Notes under the pieces: generated by a model
What the model saw: the letters and a program-made list of their open reading frames with translations, nothing else
What the model was told of the DNA's origin: nothing
Databases searched by the model: none
Translations under genes and position numbers: made by a program
NCBI GenBank assembly: GCA_040755995.1
Contig: JBFMAF010000028.1
Location: forward strand, 128,001 to 192,000
Direction: 5' to 3'
DNA length: 64,000 bases
From: Acidobacteriota bacterium
GTDB taxonomy: Bacteria > Acidobacteriota > CAIWXX01
In this document: piece after piece, positions 51,627-61,757 of the stretch
How positions within the stretch are numbered: position 1 is the first letter of the stretch
Layout: the number at the start of each line of letters is the position of its first letter

Positions 51627-53327
51627 CTAGACGACGGGCTCAACCTCTCTGGCGAGCAGGATCTCGATCTCGGTCCCCTCGCCCTTCCTGCTCCGCACCG
51701 AGAGCTTCCCGTCGTAGTCCTTCACAATTCGCTGGACTATCGCCATTCCCAGGCCGGTGCCTCGCTGAAAACCCGAGAAAAACGGCTGCCCTACCCTCTG
51801 CGCCTCGCTTTCGGACATTCCGACCCCCGTGTCGCGGAAGGACAGCGCATAGCCTGTGCCGCCGTCCGGCCGCGCAATCTCGATCGTGAGTGTACCTCCG
51901 ACGGGCATGGCCTTGATCGCGTTCTTCATGATGTTCCAGAATACCTGCGCCCACTGGCGGCGGTCAGCCACGAACGGCGCTCCGGCGGCCGCCTTGAGCA
52001 CCACGTGGTGCGCGTCGGTGAGCTCGTGGCTGTTGTTCAGGAGCGACACCGTCTCCCTCGCCAGCTCCACCAGATCAATCTCCTCCATCACCACCTGGCT
52101 CGGCCGGGCAAACTCCAGGAAGTCATCAATCGTCTTGTCCAGCCGCCCCGACTCCCGCATCACGATCTCCATCAAGTACTGCTGCTCCGCAGTGAGCTCC
52201 AGCTCCTCCCCCAACACCTGCAGCGAGCCGCTGATCGAGGCCAGCGGATTTCGAATCTCGTGCGCGATGCCCGCAGCCATCTCTCCCACCGCCGCCAGCC
52301 GGTCCTTGATCCGGACCTCCTGTTCCAGCCGCCGTACGTCTGTCAGATCGAGGAAGTTGAAGACGAATCCGACGGGCTCTCCGCCGCGCGCGCGCAGCAG
52401 AGACGCCGCCACACCGACGATCAGCCGGCCACCGTCGCCTCGCGCCACCTCCCGCTCGAACCTCACCACCCGCTTTTCCAGCAGGTCGGGATAGAGACGA
52501 TCGAAGAAGCCGGGCGGCACTCCCAGGATTGTCGCCAGATCCTTGCCCCTCAGATCGGCTTCATCACAGCGCAGTATCTTGGCACCGGCGGGGTTGATCG
52601 TCGTGATCGTGGCTCGCAGATCGGTCGACAGCAGGCCGCTGGCCATGTTGTCAACGATGTCCCGGTGTATGGCCTGCAGATCCGCCAGATCCCCAAGCTT
52701 CACCTCCAGCTGCGCGCCGGTGCGTTTGAGGCTTTCGGACAGGTAGGAGCTGAGCAGGGCGGCGGCGAAGAAACCGAAGAGCGAGCTGAAGACGTTGTAG
52801 TAAACGACTCCGAGCGAGACCGCCGGCGGCGGCGCCTGCTGGGCGCTGTAGAACGGGATGACGCCGTAGTACATGAGGTCCACCAGCACCCCATAGAGGA
52901 TGCCCGAGAGCGCCGCGATGATCAGGCTGCCCTTGCGATATAAGGTGATGCTTGCCGCGATGATCGGGATGATGTATAGGAAGTAGAACGGGCTGACGAG
53001 GCCTCCAGAGAAGTAAACCAGGCCGGTAAGAAACAGCATGTCGCCCACAATCTGCAGGTAAGCCTGGGCGCGCGGGTTCCCGAGCCTCCGGTAGCAGAAA
53101 TAGTAAAGCAGGGTCAGCGGGTAGACGGCAGCCAGCATGTAGTAGAGCGGCGCGATGGAGATGAGCTCGTTGCCGATGAACTGCACGAGCAGCAAGGATC
53201 CGAACAGAGTCGTGATGATCAGCGCGCGGATGACGATCATCCAGAAGAGCTTGCGGCGGAGGCTCTGCTCGTCGCTCCCCGCCGCAGCCTCTGGATCGGC
53301 CTGCCGGAGCTCTATCTCGTCAGCCAC
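51627..53327 (-). CDS. pilS: Sensor histidine kinase, PilS-like
   Basis: About 5-6 TM helices with SGG..SPF.FLY; PAS; AHEIRNPL; GTGLG. Confidence 0.88.
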   Translation of the reverse strand: MADEIELRQADPEAAAGSDEQSLRRKLFWMIVIRALIITTLFGSLLLVQFIGNELISIAPLYYMLAAVYPLTLLYYFCYRRLGNPRAQAYLQIVGDMLFLTGLVYFSGGLVSPFYFLYIIPIIAASITLYRKGSLIIAALSGILYGVLVDLMYYGVIPFYSAQQAPPPAVSLGVVYYNVFSSLFGFFAAALLSSYLSESLKRTGAQLEVKLGDLADLQAIHRDIVDNMASGLLSTDLRATITTINPAGAKILRCDEADLRGKDLATILGVPPGFFDRLYPDLLEKRVVRFEREVARGDGGRLIVGVAASLLRARGGEPVGFVFNFLDLTDVRRLEQEVRIKDRLAAVGEMAAGIAHEIRNPLASISGSLQVLGEELELTAEQQYLMEIVMRESGRLDKTIDDFLEFARPSQVVMEEIDLVELARETVSLLNNSHELTDAHHVVLKAAAGAPFVADRRQWAQVFWNIMKNAIKAMPVGGTLTIEIARPDGGTGYALSFRDTGVGMSESEAQRVGQPFFSGFQRGTGLGMAIVQRIVKDYDGKLSVRSRKGEGTEIEILLAREVEPVV

Positions 53328-53523
53328 AGATGCCCTCCCGGCATGCGCGCGCCAAGTGATAATGCGATTGAGTCGACTTGTTGAGGCTGCGCGTCATTGG
53401 CGTGAGCTCGGGTCCGCACCCGTACCCGGCCGCGTACGCGTGAGGGTACGGATTCCGGCCTTCGGCCTGTGCACGGTGGAGGCGGTCATGCTTCATCGGT
53501 CCGAGGCCCCGCCTCGCTGGTCG

Positions 53524-54726
53524 TCAGAACTTGTTGATGAGGTCGAAGATTGGCAGGTACATCGACACGACGATGCCTCCGATGATCACGCCCAGAAACG
53601 CGATCATGATGGGCTCGAGCAACGCCACCAGCCCCTCGACTGCGCGGTCCACTTCGTCCTCGTAGAAGTCCGCGATCTTGTTCAGCATGGCATCCAGCGC
53701 GCCCGTCTGCTCGCCGATCGACACCATCTGCACCACCATCGGCGGAAATATGTCCGACCCCTTCAGCGGCTCGGCGATCGACTTGCCGCTCTCGATGGAC
53801 TTCCGGGTATTCATTATCGCGTCCTCGACCACGGCGTTGCCCGAGGTCTTGGCGGTGATTTCCAGCCCGTCAAGGATCGGGACGCCCGACGTGATCAAGG
53901 TTCCGAGCGTGCGCGTGAAACGGGCGATAGCGATCTTCTTGAAGATCATTCCGAGCACGGGCAGCTTGAGGATGATCCCGTCGATCACCCGCCGTCCATT
54001 CTCAGTCTTGTGGTATTGCCGGATCATGTAGACAACGGCGACGGCAAAGATCACGACAAGGTAGCCGAACCGTACCATGAAGTTTGACATGGCGATCACG
54101 ATTCGAGTCGGGAGCGGCAGCTCGGCCCCCAAGCTGGAGAAGAGGGACCCGAAGGTCGGGATAACCTTCCACAGGATGACCGCCACGACGACGGCGGCTA
54201 TGACCAGAACCGCTATCGGGTAGATCATCGCCGATCGGACCTGCGCCTTGAGCTTGACGTTCTTCTCGATGTACTGCGCCAGGCGCTGCAAGATGGTATC
54301 GAGGATACCGCCGGCTTCGCCCGCGGCCACCATGTTGCAGAACAGGTCGTCGAAGACGGCGGGGTGTTTCTTGAGGGCGTCCGACAAAGTGGCCCCGGCC
54401 TCGACGTCCTGTCTGACCTGAAGGAGGATCCGCTGGAAGGTCCGGTTCTCCTGCTGCGTTCCGAGTACTTCGAGGCACTGGACCAGAGGCAAGCCTGCAT
54501 CGATCATCACCGAGAACTGCCGGGTGAACACGGCGATCTCCTTGGAGCTCACGCCCGCGCCCCGCAGGCGCGGAATGGCCACCTCCTTGCCCTTCTCCCT
54601 GATGGAGGTCACGGTGACCTGGTCCTTCCGCAGCATCGCGATGACGGCCGCCTTGTTCTCGGCGGCCATCGCACCGGACACAGCCTGCCCCGCCCGGTTC
54701 TTGCCCTTCCATTCGAAGTTCGGCAT
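53524..54726 (-). CDS. pilC: Type IV pilus platform protein PilC
   Basis: FTRQFSVMIDAGLPL, AGEAGGILD, SAMIYP, GEQTGALD.ML, SMYLPIF. Confidence 0.95.
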   Translation of the reverse strand: MPNFEWKGKNRAGQAVSGAMAAENKAAVIAMLRKDQVTVTSIREKGKEVAIPRLRGAGVSSKEIAVFTRQFSVMIDAGLPLVQCLEVLGTQQENRTFQRILLQVRQDVEAGATLSDALKKHPAVFDDLFCNMVAAGEAGGILDTILQRLAQYIEKNVKLKAQVRSAMIYPIAVLVIAAVVVAVILWKVIPTFGSLFSSLGAELPLPTRIVIAMSNFMVRFGYLVVIFAVAVVYMIRQYHKTENGRRVIDGIILKLPVLGMIFKKIAIARFTRTLGTLITSGVPILDGLEITAKTSGNAVVEDAIMNTRKSIESGKSIAEPLKGSDIFPPMVVQMVSIGEQTGALDAMLNKIADFYEDEVDRAVEGLVALLEPIMIAFLGVIIGGIVVSMYLPIFDLINKF

Positions 54727-54923
54727 GAGCGCCTCCTTTCAGGCTAGTACTTGGATTCTCTCGGTCTCCGTTCCGCAGAGGGGATCGGTCGGTTGCCGGT
54801 GCAGCGTGTGCAGCCGGTCGGAGGATGAATGCCGGTGCAGGTGGGCAACATGGTTCAGTCTCCGAGCCGGGATCAGCAGGGCCTCCGCCGGCCGGTGGGT
54901 GTTGACCATACGCGCGTCGCCCA

Positions 54924-56057
54924 TCACTTCTTCTGCGGTTGCTCTCTCGGTGGGGCTGGCCGGTAGCCGGCTTGTTGGAGTACGGAACCTGCCCCACGGT
55001 TGATCATCTCCTGCAGTTCCTCGGGGAGGGAGGAGATGTTGATCGCCGTGTCCAGCGTGATCAGCTTGCGGAAGTAGAGTGTCGCCAGACTCTGGTTGAA
55101 GGTCTGCATCCCGTACTTCTCCTGGCCCACCTGCATGGACGAGTAGATCTGGTGAATCTTGTCTTCGCGGACAAGGTTGCGGATAGCGGGGTTGGGGACC
55201 AGAATCTCGCAGGCCAGCACGCGGCCTCGCCCGCCGGCTCGCGGCAGCAGCGACTGGCAGATGATGCCCTCGAGCACCAGTGAGAGCTGTGCCCGCACCT
55301 GAGACTGCTGGTGGGCCGGGAAGACGTCGATGATACGGTTGATGGTCTGGGCGGCTGAGTTGGTGTGGAGTGTGGCGAAGGTCAAGTGCCCGGTCTCAGC
55401 GATCCGCAACGCGCATTCGATCGTCTCGAGGTCGCGCATCTCTCCGATCAGCACTATGTCGGGGTCCTCGCGGAGCACCGACCGCAGCGCGTTCGGGAAC
55501 GAGAGGGTATCCGCGTGCAGCTCCCGCTGGTTTACAAGGCACTTCTTGTGCGAGTGCAGATACTCGATCGGGTCCTCCACCGTCACCATGTGCTCGTAAC
55601 GGTCGGCGTTGATCTTGTCCAGCATGGCCGCCAAAGTGGTGGACTTCCCGCTGCCGGTGGGTCCCGTCACCAGGACAAGACCTCGCGGCCTGTCGCACAT
55701 CCTGCCGACGACCGGCGGGATTCCGAGGGTCTCCATGGTCGGGATCTCGTATGGGATCCGGCGGAAGGCCGCGGCCACCGCACCGCGCTGGCTGAACACA
55801 TTCGCGCGGAAGCGCGCCAGCCCCTTGATGCCGAAGGAGAAATCGAGCTCCAGACTCTCCTCAAACCTATGCTTCTGAGCGTCGGTCAGCACCGAGTAGG
55901 CAAGCTGCTTGGTTTCGGTGGCGTTGAGAGGGGGGTGGTTCAACGCCCGCAGCACACCGTCGACCCGGATGTTCGGAGGAGCGTTGGTTGTGATGTGAAG
56001 GTCGGTCCCGTTCTGCTCGACCATCGTCTTCAGCAGCTGGTGAAGTGATGCAGCCAT
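54924..56057 (-). CDS. pilT: Type IV pilus retraction ATPase PilT
   Basis: GPTGSGKSTTLAAM, EDPIE, LREDPD, AETGHL..TLH, AIRNLVRE, GMQT. Confidence 0.95.
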   Translation of the reverse strand: MAASLHQLLKTMVEQNGTDLHITTNAPPNIRVDGVLRALNHPPLNATETKQLAYSVLTDAQKHRFEESLELDFSFGIKGLARFRANVFSQRGAVAAAFRRIPYEIPTMETLGIPPVVGRMCDRPRGLVLVTGPTGSGKSTTLAAMLDKINADRYEHMVTVEDPIEYLHSHKKCLVNQRELHADTLSFPNALRSVLREDPDIVLIGEMRDLETIECALRIAETGHLTFATLHTNSAAQTINRIIDVFPAHQQSQVRAQLSLVLEGIICQSLLPRAGGRGRVLACEILVPNPAIRNLVREDKIHQIYSSMQVGQEKYGMQTFNQSLATLYFRKLITLDTAINISSLPEELQEMINRGAGSVLQQAGYRPAPPREQPQKK

Positions 56058-56197
56058 TCTACTGTTCTCCTTGCCGTTCGCGCTGCGGCTTAGGTGCGTG
56101 ACGTTTTTCGGCACTCGGCCCATAGGTTGCAGCAAGGATCGCGTCCGCGAAAGCTCGTGTCAGCCCGGGGGAAGAGGTGCTCACAGCCCTCATCGGA

Positions 56198-57916
56198 CTA
56201 CCTCACTGTTTCTCGCAGCACCTCTTCGATGCTGGTGATACCGTCCCGTATCTTTTGCAGGCCGCTCTGCCGCAGCGTGAGCATGCCCTCTTCGATCGCC
56301 TTCTTGCGGATCTCCATGGCCGAGGCTCCCACGAGAATCAGCTCGCGCACGTCGTCGCTGATCTCGAGAACCTCGTAGCAGGCGACGCGGCCCTTGTACC
56401 CGGTGTTGTTGCACTCGGGGCATCCCTTCGGGCGATACGTATGAATGCTTCGCGCCTCTTCCGGCGTGAAGCCGATGTCGATCAAAGCCTGGGGCGGCGT
56501 GTAGACCTCTTCCTTGCATCGCGTGCACAGCCGCCGGATCAACCGCTGCGCGGCGATCAGAAGCACCGATGTGGCCACAAGGAACGGCTCGATGCCCATG
56601 TTCATCAGACGGCTGATGGTGGAAGGAGCGTCATTCGTGTGGAGAGTCGAGAGGACCAGGTGTCCCGTCAGTGCCGCCTTGACCGCGATCTCCGCCGTCT
56701 CGAAGTCCCGGATCTCGCCGACCAGGATGACATTCGGGTCCTGGCGGAGGAAGCTTCTCAGCGCGGCGGCGAAGTTCAACCCGATCTGATCCTTCATCTG
56801 GACCTGGTTGATCCCCATGATATTGTACTCGACCGGGTCCTCGGCCGTCATGACATTCGTCTCAGGCTGGTTCACCTTGCCCATGGCCGAGTACAGTGTG
56901 TTGGTCTTGCCGCTGCCCGTCGGCCCGGTCACGAGAACCATGCCGTACGGCTTCGTGACCGCCTTCTCGAATCGGCGCAGCGACTCTGGCTCGAACCCCA
57001 GCCTCGTCATGTCGAGCCGGAGGTTCTCCTTGTCGAGGAGCCGCAGCACGATCTTCTCGCCGAAGAGCGTGGGAAGGCAGCTCACGCGCATGTCGATCTC
57101 CTTCTGCACGCCCTCCTTCTTCGCCTTCATCTTGATGCGCCCGTCCTGAGGCAGCCGCTTTTCTGCGATGTCCATCTTGGCAAGGATCTTGACGCGGTTC
57201 GTGATGGAATCCCTCATCCGCATCGGCGGATTCATGACGATGTAGAGTATCCCGTCAATGCGGTAGCGGACGCGGAACTCCTTCTCATAGGGCTCGATGT
57301 GGATGTCCGAAGCGCCCCGCTTCAGCGCGTCGGTCATGATCAGGTTCACCAGCTGGATCACCGGAGCGTCCTCGGACGCCTTGGTGAGGCTCTCGAGATC
57401 GATCTCCTCCTCGGAGGCGTCCATCACCTCCACGTTGGCATCCTCGGCCAACGCCACCTTGTCCGTGATCTTCTTGACCTCGAGGTCAGTGCTCGTGCCG
57501 TAGTACTTCTCGAGGGCCGCCTTGATGGCAGACTCCGACGCGACCACCGGCTCGACGTTGTAGTTGAGCATGAACTTGATGTCTTCGATCGCGAACAGAT
57601 TGGTCGGGTCGGCCATCGCGATGGTCAGGGTGCCGCCGGTCTTGTTGATCGGCACCACCTGGTACTTCATGGCCGTCTCGGCCGGCAGTACCTTGATCAC
57701 CGTCGGATCGATCTCGAACAGCGACAGGTTGATCGACGGATACCCGTACTGGCGGCTCAGCAGACTCGTGATGTCCTCCTCGGAGACGAACCCGAGGCGC
57801 ACGAGGGTGGAGCCGAGCTTGCCGCCGAGCTGCTTTTGCATGTCGAGCGCTTTGTCAAGCTGCTCTTTGTTGATGAGGTTCTCCCTCAGCAGAAGTTCGC
57901 CAAGTTTCACAGCCAT
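56198..57916 (-). CDS. pilB: Type IV pilus assembly ATPase PilB
   Basis: KLGELL, ASDIHIEP, EKRLPQDGR, GPTGSGKT, LRQDP, tetracysteine CTRC..CPEC, GYKGR. Confidence 0.95.
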   Translation of the reverse strand: MAVKLGELLLRENLINKEQLDKALDMQKQLGGKLGSTLVRLGFVSEEDITSLLSRQYGYPSINLSLFEIDPTVIKVLPAETAMKYQVVPINKTGGTLTIAMADPTNLFAIEDIKFMLNYNVEPVVASESAIKAALEKYYGTSTDLEVKKITDKVALAEDANVEVMDASEEEIDLESLTKASEDAPVIQLVNLIMTDALKRGASDIHIEPYEKEFRVRYRIDGILYIVMNPPMRMRDSITNRVKILAKMDIAEKRLPQDGRIKMKAKKEGVQKEIDMRVSCLPTLFGEKIVLRLLDKENLRLDMTRLGFEPESLRRFEKAVTKPYGMVLVTGPTGSGKTNTLYSAMGKVNQPETNVMTAEDPVEYNIMGINQVQMKDQIGLNFAAALRSFLRQDPNVILVGEIRDFETAEIAVKAALTGHLVLSTLHTNDAPSTISRLMNMGIEPFLVATSVLLIAAQRLIRRLCTRCKEEVYTPPQALIDIGFTPEEARSIHTYRPKGCPECNNTGYKGRVACYEVLEISDDVRELILVGASAMEIRKKAIEEGMLTLRQSGLQKIRDGITSIEEVLRETVR

Positions 57917-57949
57917 GAATCTATCCGGTCATCCCCTTTTTGTTTCAAT

Positions 57950-57978
57950 ATATTAGGTAGCGACGGAGAGCCTGTCAA
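57950..57978 (-). promoter_or_regulatory. sigma70 promoter of pilB operon
   Basis: TTGACA-17-TAATAT on minus strand. Confidence 0.55.
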
Positions 57979-58106
57979 GTGGCCTTCTCGCGACCCTACA
58001 AGCATACCACATGATCGCGTTCCCGTACGTTCACCGATGTGCGGGCAATGGCGCCGGAACACGCGACCGGATCTTGCCTTTTCACGTCCAGATGGTATCA
58101 TATTCT

Positions 58107-58155
58107 TGCGTCGGAAGGGCCCCATCCTCGAAGAGGGGCACCTCCGGGACACGCA
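58107..58155 (+). ncRNA. Candidate pan RNA motif (cis-regulatory leader of panBCD)
   Basis: Hairpin TGCGT/ACGCA, CGG/CCG, bulged A, AGG/CCT, bulged A, GCCCC/GGGGC; between -10 TATCAT (58096-58101) and panB. Confidence 0.6.
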
Positions 58156-58213
58156 CTAGATCGTTGGGTGATTTCGCTCCACCCGGCCGGGCCGGGGGGG
58201 CAGAAAGGAATCC

Positions 58214-59095
58214 ATGTCACACGCTGTCGTTAATTCCAAGATCACCATCAACACCATCCTCCAGAAGAAACGCCGTGGCGAGAAGATCGTCATGGTCACG
58301 GCCTACGACTACCCGACCAGCCGGGCGCTGGACGAAGGCGGTGTCGACATTCTGCTCGTCGGCGACTCGATGGGAATGGTCGTGGGAGGCCTCGACTCGA
58401 CGCTACCGGTGACCATGGACGCCATGGTCTACCACACGGCGATGGTTTCGCGCGGACGCAAGAACGCCCTCGTAGTGGGAGACATGCCGTACATGAGCTA
58501 CCACGTCAGTCGCGCCCGGACGATCGAGAACGCGTCGCGGTTCATCAGGGAGGGTGGAGCCGAGGCGGTCAAGATCGAGGGCGGCCGGAAGCGCGCCAAC
58601 ACGATCCGCGACATCCTCCGCGCCGAGATCCCCGTGATCGGCCACGTCGGGCTGACACCGCAGTCGCTGCACCTCATGGGCGGGTACCGAGTCCAGGGGC
58701 GAACCGCCGAGGTGGCGCAGGGTATCATCGACGACGCCCAGTTCCTGCAGGACGCCGGTATCTTCTCGATTGTCCTCGAGGGCGTACCCACTGAGGTCGC
58801 AGCCAGGATCACGGAAAAACTCGAAATCCCGACGATCGGGATCGGCGCCGGTCGCGGCTGCGACGGGCAGGTGCTCGTCATCCACGACATGCTGGGATTC
58901 ACCGACAAGACCACCGCCAAGTTCGTCCGAAGATACCGCGACTACTTCGCCGACGTCCAGGCGGTGGCGCGCGAGTTCCGACGAGACATAGAGACCGGCG
59001 CGTTCCCGGCCGACAGCGAGAGCTATCACATGGCGCCCGGGGAATCACTCGGCGCCGAACAGGCGCCTCCCGGCGTTCGCGCGGCCCGCCCGTAG
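58214..59095 (+). CDS. panB: 3-methyl-2-oxobutanoate hydroxymethyltransferase
   Basis: TAYD, LVGDS.GM, DMP.MSY, AVKIEGG, GHVGLTPQS, IGIGAG..CDGQVLV. Confidence 0.97.
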   Translation: MSHAVVNSKITINTILQKKRRGEKIVMVTAYDYPTSRALDEGGVDILLVGDSMGMVVGGLDSTLPVTMDAMVYHTAMVSRGRKNALVVGDMPYMSYHVSRARTIENASRFIREGGAEAVKIEGGRKRANTIRDILRAEIPVIGHVGLTPQSLHLMGGYRVQGRTAEVAQGIIDDAQFLQDAGIFSIVLEGVPTEVAARITEKLEIPTIGIGAGRGCDGQVLVIHDMLGFTDKTTAKFVRRYRDYFADVQAVAREFRRDIETGAFPADSESYHMAPGESLGAEQAPPGVRAARP

Positions 59096-59151
59096 CTCTG
59101 GACGCGGTGGCGCGGGGAAAGAAGCCGCGCGCCTTTGGCGAGGGATCGAGG

Positions 59152-60009
59152 ATGGAAGTAGTCAAGACGAGCAAAGAGATGACCGAGTGGTCGGAGAGCG
59201 TCCGGGCCGACGGCCTGAGGATCGGGTTCGCGCCTACGATGGGATGCCTGCACGACGGACACCTTTCACTCGTGCGGGCCAGCCGAAGCACCACGGACAG
59301 AACCGTGGCGAGCATCTTCGTGAATCCTACGCAGTTCGGACCCGCGGAGGATTTCGAAAAATACCCGCGGGTCCTCGACCGCGACCTGGATCTGCTGCGG
59401 CATGAGGGCTGTGACGCGGTATTCGCCCCCGGTGTGAGCGATATCTACCCGGACGGGTTCAGGACCTGCGTCGAGGTGACGGACTTGCAGGATCAACTCT
59501 GCGGGCGCTCACGCCCGGGACACTTCCGAGGTGTGGCCACGATAGTGGCGAAGCTGTTCAACATCGTCCGCCCGCATCGGGCGTTCTTCGGGCAGAAGGA
59601 TGCGCAACAGGTCATCATCCTTGAAAGGATGACGCGCGATCTCGGCTTCCCCGTCGAGATCGTGGTCTGCCCGATCATCAGGGAACCGGACGGGCTCGCC
59701 ATGAGCTCGCGCAACACGTACCTGTCACCTGCCGAGCGAAAGGAGGCGACGGTGCTCTACAGGAGCCTCACGGATGCCGTGAGACTCGTCCGGGGCGGCG
59801 AACGCAGCGCGGCGGCCATCGTGAAAAGCGTCCGCAGGACCATCGAGAGCACCGCGGGCACGCGGATCGATTACGTGGAACTGGTCGACCCGCAGACTCT
59901 GCGGCCGGTCGCGGAGATCGGGCCGGCCTCGCTTCTGGCAGTCGCCGTATTCGTGGGAACTACGCGCTTGATCGACAATATCGTGCTTGGAGAAGGAGCC
60001 GCACTGTGA
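59152..60009 (+). CDS. panC: Pantoate-beta-alanine ligase
   Basis: PTMG.LH.GH, SIFVNPTQF, RPGHFRGV, FGQKD, GLAMSSRN, RLIDN. Confidence 0.97.
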   Translation: MEVVKTSKEMTEWSESVRADGLRIGFAPTMGCLHDGHLSLVRASRSTTDRTVASIFVNPTQFGPAEDFEKYPRVLDRDLDLLRHEGCDAVFAPGVSDIYPDGFRTCVEVTDLQDQLCGRSRPGHFRGVATIVAKLFNIVRPHRAFFGQKDAQQVIILERMTRDLGFPVEIVVCPIIREPDGLAMSSRNTYLSPAERKEATVLYRSLTDAVRLVRGGERSAAAIVKSVRRTIESTAGTRIDYVELVDPQTLRPVAEIGPASLLAVAVFVGTTRLIDNIVLGEGAAL

Positions 60010-60413
60010 GCTATTCGACCTACTTGAAGGCCAAGATCCACCGGGCTACCGTGACGTATACCAACCGCGACTACGAAGGAAGCCTGACGCTCGACGCCAG
60101 ACTGATGGAAGAAGCGGGCCTCCTGCCGTTCGAGCGTATCGAGGTCTACAACTGCTCCAACGGTGAACGCTATTCCACCTATCTCATGCCCGGCGAATCG
60201 GGCAGCGGTGTGGTGGGGGTCAACGGAGCCGCAGCCTGGAAGGCAAGAGTGAACGACATCGTCATCATCGCCGCGTACAAGATCCTGGAAGACGCCGAGC
60301 TCTCGGACCACGAGGTGCGGCTCCTCCATGTTGATGCGAAGAACGCGCTGGTCGAACGCAAAGTTGAGAGGCTCACGAGAACAACTGCGACTGCAGGCGA
60401 GACGGGCGGGTAG
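60006..60413 (+). CDS. panD: Aspartate 1-decarboxylase
   Basis: KAKIHRATVT, YEG|S cleavage site, NGER..TY, NGAAA. Confidence 0.95.
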   Translation: MSYSTYLKAKIHRATVTYTNRDYEGSLTLDARLMEEAGLLPFERIEVYNCSNGERYSTYLMPGESGSGVVGVNGAAAWKARVNDIVIIAAYKILEDAELSDHEVRLLHVDAKNALVERKVERLTRTTATAGETGG

Positions 60414-60520
60414 CCGGACAGGTGTCGCGCGGCTGTACGGCGCGTCACATGCTGCGTCGGCTCGTTGAGTCTATTGTATTGTAGACTTGTGACGCGCTGA
60501 ATAGGCTCGGGCCGCCGGCG

Positions 60521-60931
60521 TCAACGCGCCAGCATCCACGGGCCGGCGACGGCGAGGAATATCGAGAGCGCCCCAGCGAAGAGCGCGAAAAGGCCGTAGC
60601 CTACGGCCTGGCGCCGGTGAAGCGCACCCGCCGTGCTCAGGAACAGCGCTCCTGAGAAGAGCCAGAGCGGGGTCCAAACCCAACGGCCGGAGAAGTGGCA
60701 CGACCATCCGGTCCCCGCCATGACCCCGAGGCCGATGGCGCTGGAGACCATGAACGTGGGATACTTCGAGTTCTGGGCGGCCAGCCATCCCCTTGATAGG
60801 ATGCCCAGCGACATGAGGCACAGGAGGCCCACCCAGACGTTGCCAGACCCGACTGACACCGCCACGGCCATAACCACGACCAGCAGCACGTAAACGAGTC
60901 CCAGTCCTACGGAGCTCCCCTCACCCACCAA
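60521..60931 (-). CDS. Hypothetical membrane protein (about 4-5 TM)
   Basis: Highly hydrophobic 136-aa ORF with purine-rich RBS. Confidence 0.6.
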   Translation of the reverse strand: MVGEGSSVGLGLVYVLLVVVMAVAVSVGSGNVWVGLLCLMSLGILSRGWLAAQNSKYPTFMVSSAIGLGVMAGTGWSCHFSGRWVWTPLWLFSGALFLSTAGALHRRQAVGYGLFALFAGALSIFLAVAGPWMLAR

Positions 60932-61010
60932 TCCTCTCCCTCTTCCGCCCGTACTCGTTCCCGAGATCGACTCCTCCGCTCCTCCGTCGCCCGCCTCCGC
61001 AGCTCTCGAA

Positions 61011-61757
61011 TCAAAGGCGATTGATCAAACTCGCGAGGAACCCCGCGCCGAAGCCGTTGTCGATGTTCACCACGGCGACACCGGAGGAGCAACTGTTCAG
61101 CATGCCGAGCAGAGCGGCGATGCCATGGAAGCTGGCTCCGTAGCCCGTGCTCGTGGGCACGGCGACCACCGGCACCGACACCAGGCCGCTTACCACACTC
61201 GGCAGCGCTCCTTCCATCCCGGCCACCGCAACGATCGCGCGCGCGCGCTGCAGATGCGGCAGGTGGCTGATCAGCCGGTGGATTCCCGCCACGCCGACGT
61301 CATAAACTCTCTCGACCCGGTTTCCGAGCAGCTCGGCCGTGAGCGCGGCTTCCTCGGCGACCGGTATGTCGGACGTCCCGGCGGAGACCACGAGGATTGT
61401 CCCCTTGCCATGAATCGTCCGGTCGCGCCGGATGTAGATCATCGAGGCTTCTTTCGAAAACCGCGCCGAAGCATGTCGTTTCTGCACCAGTCGAAACGTA
61501 CTGGGTCTCGATCGAGTGACGATGACGTTCTGCCCGTGCGCGTACAAACGGTCGACGATCGCCGCGACCTGTTGATCCGTCTTTCCCTGGCCGTAGACCA
61601 CCTCGGCATATCCCCGCCGCAGGTGCCGGTGACTGTCGACCTTGGCGAACTCGAGATCCTCGAACGGCAATGCCTTCAGCCGCTCGAGCGCCTCCTCCGG
61701 CGTCGTCCTCCCCTCCGCGACCCGCTTCAACAGATGAGCGATCTCCGCCGATTTCAT
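61011..61757 (-). CDS. larB: Nickel-pincer cofactor biosynthesis carboxylase LarB
   Basis: FAKVD.HR..R.G..EVVYG.GK, AGTSDIPVAEEA, DVGVAGIHRL, AGMEGALPSV, PTS.GYG, VNIDNGFGA. Confidence 0.95.
   Translation of the reverse strand: MKSAEIAHLLKRVAEGRTTPEEALERLKALPFEDLEFAKVDSHRHLRRGYAEVVYGQGKTDQQVAAIVDRLYAHGQNVIVTRSRPSTFRLVQKRHASARFSKEASMIYIRRDRTIHGKGTILVVSAGTSDIPVAEEAALTAELLGNRVERVYDVGVAGIHRLISHLPHLQRARAIVAVAGMEGALPSVVSGLVSVPVVAVPTSTGYGASFHGIAALLGMLNSCSSGVAVVNIDNGFGAGFLASLINRL

Noticed and set aside
56177..58159. Long antisense ORFs (this one, and others such as 6257-8065, 21618-23108, 28016-29560)
   Set aside because: Shadow ORFs opposite well-supported genes, expected in high-GC DNA
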